Below are positions 23,514-35,800 of a stretch of 64,000 bases of DNA, piece after piece (the stretch's first letter is position 1; each line of letters starts with the position of its first letter). The DNA is from Botryllus schlosseri (Eukaryota). Made by a program: the position numbers and the translations under genes. The notes under the pieces were generated by a model. The model did not search any database and was not told where the DNA came from. It was given only the letters and a program-made list of their open reading frames with translations. The DNA lies in contig CM119378.1 in assembly GCA_051294905.1 (NCBI GenBank), forward strand, positions 8,308,001-8,372,000. Direction: 5' to 3'.

Positions 23514-23720
23514 GGGGAAGCGAGTGGCGCAGTTGGTCACGACACCAATGGTTGCTGGTTCGAGTCTCGACTCTGCCATGTTTCTATGTGTCGGAGGTTT
23601 ATCTGGGCTCCTCATCGCCGTTCCCGCCTTGAAAAACCCAGAGGCAGAGAGACGAACTCTTGAAAGATGGCAGCAAAAGACCAGTAAAAGGACGCAAGAA
23701 GAAGCGGAAAGACATTACGA
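23514..23720 (+). mobile_element. tRNA-derived SINE
   Basis: A box GTGGCGCAGTTGG, B box GGTTCGAGTC, core ggaggtttatctgggctc. Confidence 0.7.
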
Positions 23721-24699
23721 CAATTACAGTGCGGGCGCAAATGACCCAAGTGTTTAAAAGCGCCAATTGTGTCAATAAAACAAAGAAACAACTCTCCATT
23801 ATATAAAACCATGGTATAGGACCAAACTTTCTGAAGCAGAGCAGGATGATTTCAAGACAAGGGGACAAGTATGTAGGACGGTTTAAGGAACATCTATTTC
23901 GGTGGTAGTAGCACTGAGCTATATAAACAAGCCTACTGGTATTTACATCGCACCTCACCGTAAATTTGTGATAGTTAGAGAGGATAAAATACGTTTATAC
24001 AACGGCACGCAGAATAACGGTAAATATGTGTCGAGTCGTTGAAATTCTATAGACCCTTCCCGACGACATTAAGTAGTAGGCATATAGGAATATAATTTGA
24101 TAACTGGCGATGTTAGTGTAATTAGTTTACAAACCTATAGCCCAGTGGTCGGGAACGTTTTTCGTCTGAAGAGCCATGTTAGCTCTATATTTTACATTTT
24201 AACTCCCAAAGAGCCATACTTGTTAATCAATTGTTACGTCACGACTGAAAATCCGTGACGTCATGGTAGTACTAATTCGAACTCACTACATGGGATTTGT
24301 TGTTGGCGCCATATTTTCTCTGTAAAAACTCGTAGGCTACTAACTATCCTGTGATAGCGCAATTCATCGTGAATAGCTCAGAATTTATAATAACTGATAT
24401 AAATCTAATATAACTATAGCACTGATTCCGAAAATAAATATTGATCGACTTCTCAATTCGGTAGTAACATAAACGTTACACTACACGCCTACCGCCCTAC
24501 ATTTTAACCGCAGTACTAGAAAGACTTGTCAATTTAGACGTGGATTGCGAAGCGCTGTTTGTAATTTGGATTTGGATTTGTAATTGGAATGTCACTTCCA
24601 AGCAGTTCATTTCACGGCGTAGATCAGGAAGAAAATGTGTATTTGAAAACTAGATTGTCATATAGGCGTACCCGCGTCTGCTATTCTCTTGATCAACCA

Positions 24700-25080
24700 A
24701 TATATGGTGCAATCCAAGATTACGCAGCGCACGATGCCGGGTACATCGAATTCGCGATAGATATTTGTCGCTGGGTATGCTCTGTTGCGGTTGAGTAAAA
24801 TACCCCATCCACCTTGGAAGTTGCGTCGAGCACGTATAGATTTAACATCGACGAGTCAGCTTTGCGGACTACAAGCGCACCTATTCAAATTGAGAATAGC
24901 AGATTCAGCCAATTGCTCAACGTGCCGTCAAGAAGAGAGCGTCACCTATTATATATTGACTGATGTGTCGCAATTATAGACACCAGGGAAGAGTGCTCTC
25001 CGCTAGTGGGCGCTAAAGTGTGTCCGGAATTTGATCAACAAAAATATGGTAACGCCAGATTATGGGCTATGGCCTCTGCA
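24700..25080 (+). mobile_element. Decayed non-LTR retrotransposon ORF2 C-terminal (zinc-knuckle) fragment, I/Jockey/R1-group-like
   Basis: TSQLCGLQAHLFKLRIADSANCSTCRQEESVTYYILT resembles the C-x2-C...E-T/S-V-x-H-x-L-x2-C knuckle, with the His and last Cys decayed. Confidence 0.6.
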
Positions 25081-25524
25081 ACGAAAAAGTTACCGTAATT
25101 TTATACTTGCTCGCTCACGCATTGAAGCAGTGAAACAAAGAGTTCCGTTCTCTGGTGGAAGGGTTTGAAGGGGCATATACCGACTTGGCAATGAATGCAA
25201 TGCACGCTCCATGAATGGATTCACTTGCGCCGTTGGAAGATACATATTATCACAAAAACAGCAAATGTGAACTTACGAACGTTGTCCATCATTGCATTAA
25301 AATGCATAAAAAATGTACTAAACGCCCGTATACAATTGGTAAATAGGCTACAGTAGCCGGAATTTAATAGTAGCCCACAAATACATGGTAATAATAATAT
25401 TCTGCGGCTCGCAGCGTCTTTTGCTTTTAAAATGCGGCCCGTTAAACATGGGAAGTTGAGAGCCCCTGCTCTAGACATATAAGGAACTATAACAAAATAG
25501 ATGCTATAGTTTTAGGTAAACTTT

Positions 25525-25642
25525 CCAAAACAAAATCTCAAAAAATAGGACATTTGGGCGTCCTCTGAGGACACTTTCAAGAAAGTAAAAAAGTAAGACA
25601 AATCCTCGTAAAAGAGGACGTGTGGACGTATGGTAACCCTAC
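25525..25642 (-). mobile_element. Partial copy of the TAGGGTTACCATA hAT MITE (family of 54864-55140)
   Basis: gaggacactttc...caaatcctc.taaaagaggacg...tatggtaacccta is the reverse complement of the left part of 54864-55140. Confidence 0.7.
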
Positions 25643-25769
25643 TATAATAGAACCAATATGATCCGTATTATAATGAAAGTATTCGATTGAAAAACATGGC
25701 CATGGAGTTCGAGGTAACATTATGGACGTAAGTAAGAGACGTAAGTTGAGTATGACACCCCTAACAAGT

Positions 25770-26110
25770 ATGGCGGACCCCAACTTTGGAACAGCATATC
25801 GCCGGCTATCCGTAGCATCGTATCGTATAGCATGTCGGCATTCAAGTCGAAATACAAGCAATTTCTTCTGGTCAGCCTTTAGGATCACAGGACCACGACC
25901 TAACATATCGATCTCGCTTTCCGCCACCTCATTTTGTCGCTTGGCTCTTACAATCTCTGCTTTACTTTTCATTCAGCGTGCGCTGTGCATATCCGTTCTC
26001 CACTTTGCCCAATGTCCAGGCAAAGGTGAATGTCTGGTCTCAAAGACTTCTCCAAGTCGTTTCGTCACCTTCGATTCTTATCTTTTCATTGTATCGCAGT
26101 TTTTGTGGTG
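25770..26110 (+). mobile_element. CR1/L2-group LINE 3' fragment
   Basis: KYGGPQLWNSISPAIR...SAFKSKYKQFLL, followed by a 3' UTR shared with 43385-43733 and 55610-55985. Confidence 0.7.
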
Positions 26111-26876
26111 TTTTGAAATGATGAAAATACTTATAAACTGATACTGGCACCGAGCTTGTAAATTTGTATCAGAATAGCCTACACCCAAATAGTTATAGAA
26201 TTGCCCCGATACTATTCCCTGCAGATTTCAGTTAACATCATTCGTGTACCTCAGCAAGCGGGGACGGATGCGAAAACAGAAGACGCAACCTTCAAGAAAG
26301 ATGTGCTTTAATCTGCAGCCGGTATATAAAATAAGTACAAAATAACTTATTAACGAAACATAAAAAATACAATCAAACGACTTGAACAACATGAAAGAAA
26401 TAAAGGGAATATAAAAAAGTAGGCTACATACACGTACGTCGTACAGCCGTACACGTTACAATCGATTACACAGTTCAAAGTTCATACTGCATTTGTACTA
26501 AATCGAGGATGGACGCGCCAGTGGAAGTGGAAATCATGATTGCTATCTCCTGATATGATTGCAAATACCAAGACCATGAACAGAATATCCAAAACACGTG
26601 AAATGACGCAAAAGCTACGAATGTTTCGAGTATACGTCTACGAATCGAAATAATCAACTTCAAAAATATTGCAAACATAAAATTTGAGCTATTTTCACCA
26701 ACCGAAGAATGAATAGAAATCAGTTTACTTTGCAACTGCACTTGAAAATAATGCTTCCAGTTCTGAAACTGTCGGTCTAGCTTATTTTCATGTGCTCGAC
26801 GAGCACTCTGAGTCCACTACGTTGTCATGGTTTTTCGCAAACGTTCCGTAAGTACACAGCAACACGAAATCCCTCA

Positions 26877-29800
26877 TCATGGCCTGTAGTACGAGTAGTC
26901 GCTACCTATGGAACCGTCGTTATCGGTGTCTGTCATTGAATTGCCGTGCTTCCGAGGATAAGGACCCAAGGAAGGGTAAGCCAAAGCTGTGGGCATGCGT
27001 GCTCTGTAACGGCGATCATCTCCGGTCCCACTGGGATATTCATGCAGGTAGCTGCTGCAATAGAACGCGTGGTGTCAGATAAAAAAATATTTAGCACCTT
27101 ACACCATGGAATGCGTGCCGAAACAATTTTCCACATCTGGTTCTCTACAGAGGTGGGTGGTCAGTATCGAAATGCTTTTACATAGTCCGATTACACAAGT
27201 AACGCCTTCTATAGTAGGCTACTAGTTACTCGAGTGGTCATGTTTTTAGATCACTACCACTTAAGCAGTTTATAGGCCCTATGCAACTTTTCATACTTTG
27301 GATTTAGTGTAAGTGTAAATTCGTTTTGGGAATATGCTTCCATCACTGCCACGAGTGAAAATGTCCTGACAACTGGAGGGGACAAAAGACACCTTGCATC
27401 ACGGCGACCGTCTACATTTTCGGGAAATTGTACCTTTTTATAGTGTGTTTACTGGTCATTTCGCGTTAGTCGCGCTATTTCGGAAATTAGCGCCTGAGAT
27501 CAACTGCTGGCATGAGTATGTGATCCATCGACCAATTCTACTTTTGAAACTACTCTAGTACTTTCCTGATCTTCTAATTTCTACATCTAGCCTACTCAAA
27601 GCAGTTTTGACACTGTCTCGTAAGTTGCTATACTTCTGCTTGTAATTGAATAGACATTTTACGGCGTTACATGTACTTTTCTGGTGCGCTGCGTAAACCG
27701 TCTGTTCCGTATCCTATATTACATAATGGGGTCAAATTATTATCGCTAACCAATTAACCCCTTACTTTTGCTTAATGCTCCGTCCCTTTACCATGTATTT
27801 CCGAGTCAAATGAGCAAGTTCCAACAGATTCATGACGATTGACAGTGAAGAGACGACATACATAAAGTGAAGAAATATGGTTTTTTCCTGCGTTAAATGG
27901 AATATTGTGAAATAGATTATGCGCCCATCCTTCGGAGGCATAATCAAAGCACGCGTATACCCGTGGTCTTGATACATAGCAGTCGACCGTTCGCGGGCAC
28001 GGTTCAGCCGTACACACATACACTTCGTTGACCTCAAATTTGTACATGTCGTACTGCGTAAAAACAAATAAAGCATTGCGTTAAATTGGCGATCTCAGTG
28101 ACATGTGCAATTGAGCATTCACGGTTAAAATATTCATTTATGCAGGAAAATAATACCATAATTCGAACGTTATAAACGTTTGTTACGTCATACAGTATAT
28201 ATGACTTCGTCGGATTGCCGAAACCTATCCGCCGATTTTCAACCTGCGACTAATCTATACCAATACATAACGGTGAATTTTGAACGCACTTGGAAATACC
28301 AAAATGCCGCCTCGATGGCGATTGTGGAGATAGTCTGGATAAAATATGCCACAGATATCGACCGCGTCTTCATGACTTCGAATTTTCCGTCTTTGTTGTA
28401 CACAGTTTCCATTTTGACTCGTTTTCTGCAAAGAGATGATATATACGTATTTACATTGGAATATGATAGTCATTGTATATGTTATTTTGAGCATCCGTTT
28501 GCATATTTTAGTAATGAAGAAAACGATGATTCGACCACTGTATCTGATGAAAACCGACCGACGAAATACCCGCACAATAAACGCACATTGACAATTACAG
28601 GCACCAACTGCGACTGCACCCTGTGGTGAGACATGCCTGTTCGTCGCTGTGTACAGGTTATTCTTATTACTTATCGAGGGTGCTGTGCATATGCAACTGT
28701 GAATGTCTCTTTTAAACGTGTTTATCCACTTCTATTGGTATGCAGGTAAAGTTGAAAATTTAATTAATTAATTTCACCAAGGCGTTTCGAATGCTTCTTT
28801 GCTTGACAGTACGGCATTCCGAGGCACTTTCATAATTAAAATCAGTGGTTCTCAACCTTTTTTCTTGCAGCGCCCCTTTCGAAAATTGCCTGGGTCTGGC
28901 GCCCCCCCCCCCCCCGCCATATTTCAAGGGCTGTAGTAAAAACAAGGAGTGAGAGTTCGAAATCCAGTTGGTCTTTTCGGGTTTCGACCATTTGAAATAA
29001 CTCGACTGATTATCGGTATGATAATTGTGCTATATTCGGGACCAAATCAAGGTTGTTATGACAACCATCGGGTAGGCTACGGGCTCATACCATCTGGTCG
29101 ATCAACTTCAACATGAATGCATTCTAAAAGCATCTCACGACGTCCATTGTAAGGTTGAGGGTCACAACACTAAACAGTATCATCCTTTATGATACGATGA
29201 ATGAATATTCTGAAGATTTAATTTTGTAGTTCTCAAATACAAATATATTCAGTTATAATCATTCCGACCAAAAAGCTTCAAAGCATCTTTAATGTACGAA
29301 GGGCTCTCACTCTTGAAAGTGGTACAGTGCCCCTTCGTCGATTTTGACACGCTGTTCACTGCGGGATAGTTCGAAACATTTTGTAGAATATAACACGAGG
29401 TAGCGTGATGGGAGTATTTCAACGGGAATGTTAATTTGCAATAAAAACTTGGGGAAATAGGCTGTAGAACTCTTTTCCTACTAATCATAACCATATGTCC
29501 TTACTGCACCCTCTATTGCGACGCCATTTTTCTTCAGCACCCCCATAACGCCCCCAGAGCGTTTCCGCCCCTTCAAAATCCAAATCGCCCCTTGCGGGGG
29601 GCTGGCGACAAGGTCAAGAAACACTGACTTAAATTATAAAACTTTGATTACTTCGTGGGTAATGTATTGCACTATGTCGATTGCTATACTAACTTTTCTG
29701 GTTCCATGTTGATCATCTCAGCCTGCGGACGAAAAGACGCGCGACGTTGTTGATTCGTGAAGTTGTTCTTCGGATTTTTGACTTTGTGAATCAACGCTCC

Positions 29801-32800
29801 CGCCGCTGCTAGAATTCAAGTATAATATTCTAAATGGACGCAATGTGGAATATATCTATAGAATAACTGTTTCTTAATGCCCATATCCAGTTAGAGGTTA
29901 GACCAGACCTGGGCAAAGTGCGGCCCGCGAAGCTATTCTGTGCGCCCCGCGAAAGGTTGCTTGGAATTCAAAACATAAAAACTTGCATTTTTTATGAATA
30001 AAACCATAGGCTGTATTTACTGAACAGAAAATTTGTATACTTTGAAGCCTGTTCATAAATTAGCCACGATTACGCTGCCTATGTACCTCACATGCGTAAT
30101 CCAGATTCAAAATAAAGGCAATGTGGCAAAGTACGAGTAGCAATTAAAGTCACAAGAAATCACTCTTTCCGTATAGTTCAGTTCAAACATCCGTTGTTGC
30201 CATTGTCACATTACGCATTATACGGTATGTGTTTCAAATTGTTACGTGTGATACGTTTCCAAATCCCTAATTCGTAAAACAAGTCAATCAGTGCTTGTGA
30301 TTAGTATATGACTCATCATATTTATTACCCATTAAGGATTACCGCACATGCCAAAAAAAAGAATGCTGCAAACTGAAATTCAAAGAAGGTTTAGACCAGG
30401 GGTCGGCAACCCCGTCCTTTTAGTTTTTGCCGAGCATATCGCCGAGATTAAGCATTTCAATCAAAGTCGGTCTTACGACAAAAACACGAAACACTCGGTC
30501 AAGATAGGGCGAAGTTCAGAAAAAATGCAAGCTTCGCTCAACATCAAGACTATAAGCTGCACACTGCTCGGAAGGCAGCGACCAAGAAAATAAGCTTTGT
30601 ACTATTGCACAAACATTCCAGTGCAGTGGTTCGCTAACTGCGGCACAGGAAAGCTTCAGAATAGGGCGCGATGCCGAAGTTGAATGAGCAATTTTTTCGC
30701 GCTCTGCGCGATTCACACTTAGCTTATAGTTATTGCTCTGTGTATTGTCCGACTTTGATGATATTTCACAATTCTTTCATTAACAGCCGTAACCTTCCAC
30801 GCAATCAAACTATCCGTTTGGATTGCTAGCATTCTGGTTGCACATTTAAATATTTTGTGATATCATGATGAAGACGGCGCGAAATTTTTCACCATCATAA
30901 AGGGGGGGGGGTCCTTAAGAAGTTTGTGAGAACCACTGTTTCAAAGTCTTAATAGAAGAACGTTGATAGGAATTTAAAGAGAGTTATAATCTATCATGTT
31001 TAACATTGTTTCGAATCATTACGGCAAATAGATATTTTCTTAATTAACTGTCCCTTTCTCATTACCTAACATCAACACATTCACTGAGCAGCGTTTATAA
31101 ACAATGTAATATAGAAATAAAATTAAGTACTCTGAAGCATATAGCTAAAGGTTTTCACTCGGCCCGCAAACGTATATTCTAATTCTCATTTGGCCCGCGG
31201 AGGAAAATAATTGCCCACCCCTGGATTAGACAATGCCTGAAATTATTGTTATAGTTCTTCGGAAACTGATAATTTTTAATTATTTGATGCACTCCTCTCA
31301 ATGTGGCGAATGCATCTGAAAAAGCTCTCCCGTATCTGATAAAATTGAAATCAATCACCGACGGGGAGCTTTTTGAACAACCTCTTGACTTTAACGGGTG
31401 CAATATTATTATCAGAGCCGGAATTCGATAAAGTCCTCACGAAATTTACAATTTCCATTGCCGAGACAGAAAAGATAAAGAGCGCGTACAATTTAGTTAG
31501 CCTTCATCCCCTCGGATGTTGGAACTGCTGAAATCATTGGAATTCGAGAGTGCGGAGCGGTGATGAGTATCTCCAGAAATCGCAAGGTGGAAACGATGAT
31601 GGCATTTAAGCGCAAGGTGAAAGGGCGTGAAGATCCAAGTGACGAAGAACACGAGCGCCAAGTTTCCTTTCCGCTTTGCTAGCCTTTCAAACGAAATAAC
31701 TCTAAAAAATGATCGCACCCACGTACGACGCATATACGTGACATGACTAGATCGTGAGTTAAATTCTGCACGTTCGTGTTCAATAGGGGTGGGTCGAAAA
31801 TCAAACGGAACCAGCGGCGCTGGCAGATCTATGAAATCACCAGCCGAACGACATACACGTCATCAAAATTATAGTTGAAGGGCGTTCCATCCCCTACCCG
31901 TGTAGCATTTGCGTCATAATATAAAATCATCTGACCATGTCCATTACGGGTCGTCAAAACATGTCCATTAGGGGTCTTCAAAAATGACTTTTTTCTCAAA
32001 TCGTACTGGCTACTTGATAAAATTGTTAGGTTACCTAATTTAAGCCTACACACCAAATTTGGTTCGATTCCAACCGGTAGCCGCATTGCTACAGGAGAAG
32101 AAAGTTCCTATTTATTATATAAAATAAATAACAAAAAATTTGAAAATTTTCTGTTTACCCCATGGAAGTGTTAGGTTGTCTATAGAAACGGTGTTCACCA
32201 AATTTGGTTCAATTTCAACCAGTGGAAGCGGCGTTATTGCCATCGAAAAATTTGGACTTGAATAAAATAGTATTTACGGTGGGCACCATTATAATAAATA
32301 ATTAAAGAATTGGTCACCGTAAATACTATTTTATTCATAATCCAAATTTTTCGACAAAATTCAATTCGGGTAGAGAGAATTGAAATACATTTCGTTCCTG
32401 AGCAAGGAGATTCACTATTTACGAATTTATAAATATCACCTAATTCTGCAAATGGATTTTCACTATCAAACACTTCACCACCACAATACCACAACCCGAC
32501 GTGATAAGACTAGGAAACACCCGATGATATATAGTACCATACCAGATAATTACACATTCAAGGAACTGGTAAAGTGCTTTCTTCCCCGACTAAATCAAGA
32601 TGTTATGACTCTGAAGAACTCGCGGTCCGGAACATCTCGTGTAATATACAGTAGATATTGGAAATACAGCAGACCAAATCATTCATTTAATACATTGTAT
32701 GGCCTCACAAAGGTGCGTACTGTGATATATTATACCTAACAATTACCTCCTCAAGGAGCTGGGATAGCGCTTACTCCCCGAAGAGCGCAGGATGTATCAT

Positions 32801-35800
32801 ATCGCGGAAAGAATAACACTAGAGAATATCCCATGCTATGAAGTGTTGCGGTTGATGAGGAGCTATATACAACAGACCAAACAATCAGCAATTCGAAAGA
32901 TTACTGGTATCTCCGTCCTCAACCGGCACCATGATATCTCGATAACGCATGACCAGCGCGGTATTAATGACTAGCAGGTGTCTCCCTGCAACACGCCGCC
33001 TGGCCTGGGAAGTTTTTATATGCAATCCGTGCAATCCGGTACAAGGTTATTTCCTGATACTATCAAACATGATGATACTCCAAGTCTTATCCCAATAATT
33101 TATTAGTTTCCTATGCTCTCGATATCATCACCATTGGCTTGATCAGTTGTTTTACGCGAACGCGAATGATGAATTATATTGTACCATAAAATAACATGCT
33201 TCAAAGGAAAGCTGAGTAATTAAGATTTTTAGAAGCCTAGCTAGAGTGATCTATACGGGAAGAATTCGCCATTCCACCACAAAAGCACATCAAGGATGCC
33301 GATGCAAGAAGACCGACGTAATGTAAGTTCAAATTATAAAAACACCGCCACAAAAGAAGTTATTCGCTAACTAGAGATATGTTGAATACGTTACGATCTA
33401 GGTGAATGAGGCATATATGTATATAAAGCACATCGAGACTTAACGTACTTGGTCGGCCGTGGGGTAAATCTTCGTATTGAGGCAAACTGGAATTGTTGGT
33501 TCGACTCCTCGAACACTGCTCGTCCGCGTAATTCCATTTCTTTCGGCGGCGCCGTTTCAAATTTCGATTTTCATATTTGTCTGGAAAGAGCGAGGTTGAA
33601 ATTAAGGGCATAGTATGGGTGCCGGTAAATCAAATTCTAATCTAATTTATGAATTCTATGCACTTAATTGTAATTTTAATCGTAGCTATAATTCTAATTT
33701 AAGCTAATTTGGAAATAACTGTCAGTACAATTCTAATTCTACGCTAATTTGGAGAAAAAACTTAGATCTGTATTGCTAACTTTAATCTAATTTGGAAAAG
33801 TGGTTTGCGGTATACCGGAATATTTGAGTATTTGCCAGGCATCATATAGATATGTTGCGAGTAGGTTATAATATCGAGACAATGACACGAAATGTACTCA
33901 TAAATTACCAGATCGCCGGTCAGCAACTTCACCGCCTCCCTCTTCGTTCCTATCTGTAAGATTCGACCTCTTGTGCAAAGCGAACACGACAAATATCACG
34001 CTTGGAATCCCGACAATTAATATCTGCACAGCCCAGAACCTTCAATTTCAAATATGGTCCGTGGTAAGAAACGTTGGTACAGAATGTTTCGAAGAAAATA
34101 TGTGTCGATAAATGTAGTATACATGCCGAAATCGTATGCCTTCGCGATGGCCAGTGACAACCATTGGCAAAACTCGCGATCTTATTATGAGTTTACGGCA
34201 GGGCTGTGGAGTCCGTAAATTTTACCACCGACTCCAGGTCCGATTTCAGACATTTTCAATATACCGACTCCTGAGTCTTTAAACGTACCGATTCCGACTC
34301 TTTTCTCAAGAGAACTCCGACTCCAACAGTATGACCAATTTACTTCGAAAATGATATGCCACAGCGACGTTTAAATAACTATCATATAACTATTGAACAT
34401 ATGCAAACATACGAATGACGCGAAGACGTGCAAAATTCGGAAACGCTGAAAACTTTCTAGTTGTCCAAGTCGACATTTGGCAAGGTCAGGATTATTCGGC
34501 GTTTAGACATAGCAATATCGAAGGTTTCGGTGTGAACATGCCTCTATCTTTTGTGCAAATGTTTCATCGCCGACGATCTCGCTGCGAGCACACAAGCGAA
34601 TTCGCATGCTGGACGACACGTTATCTTTCAATTGCGAATAAATAGTTAGACTCAATTCTGTAAATTACGCGTATTTATAATTTTCAGTAGGGGGCTCCAA
34701 TACTAAATACAAGAAATCGAGTGACATAAAATCATGCGAAGTGCTAAGAACAATTACAAGTCAAAGAAATCTACTTCATGGTCATATACGGAGATCGGCG
34801 ATAAATGCGGCTGGTCACAGTGGCCACTACAACTATACGTCAATGCGTCGGAACTGATCTTTTAGTCATCATCAAATTTCGTGTTCATGCTAATCAAATT
34901 TTGGATGGCCTTGCAATTTTTCCTGATGTTATAACCAGACTTGGACAACTAGACAATTCTAGTTGTCTAATTTCACAAAATTAGAGCGAAATGCCAGTAA
35001 TCTAATTTTAATCTAATTTGTGAAATGTTCCTATGCTCTAACTTTATTTATAATCTAATTTATTGTTTTCCTGAAAATGCCTTTGTCCGGGACATTTTGC
35101 AGCGAGTTAACAAGAATAGCCCTCTCAAAAGCAGGGAAATGTAGTTATTGTGACGAATAATAGCCTGCTAGTATAGTAGCTTGTAGTCTGCGAACAACAT
35201 TCTAGTTTCAAATACTTTGTGTTTGTACAACGCCGTGCTGACTAACACGGGCGATGCTCGTGGTAAGCACAAAGAATTACAACAATTACAACATAAATAT
35301 CATGATCATAAACGTCATTTTATTTTGAACTATATATGAGCTGCGCACGATACCCGACAACGCTTTTCCATCAACAAATGAATCGATATTGGAGCTATAG
35401 CCAGACATGTTACTAGCTGAAAGACTACCGTAATTTTCCAAGTATAGTACGCACCCTTAAAATGGCATTCTAATTCTGAGAAAAAGCCTGTACCCATGTA
35501 TAGTACGCACCTTGCATTCGCGGTACATGAATAGTTGTGTTTTAGTATACCATGTATTTCTGTTTTGCGACGTCACTGTTGAACAATCATCACATAACGA
35601 TCGCTAATCATTATACAATTAACGGCATTGTCTCTAAATCAGGGGTGGGCAACATACGGCCCGCGTACAGCTTCTGATCTTAAATGCTAATGTGGCCCAC
35701 GACCAGGGTCTACCTACATTTGCGAGCAAACGTTTACGACCATGATCATTAAGGGTGGAGATAATAAAGTTGGATTAGCAATGCAGTCGATTATCACTTT

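Noticed and set aside
25577-26141. 131-aa and 139-aa ORFs
   Set aside because: They lie over a decayed LINE 3' end and its UTR, present three times in the window.
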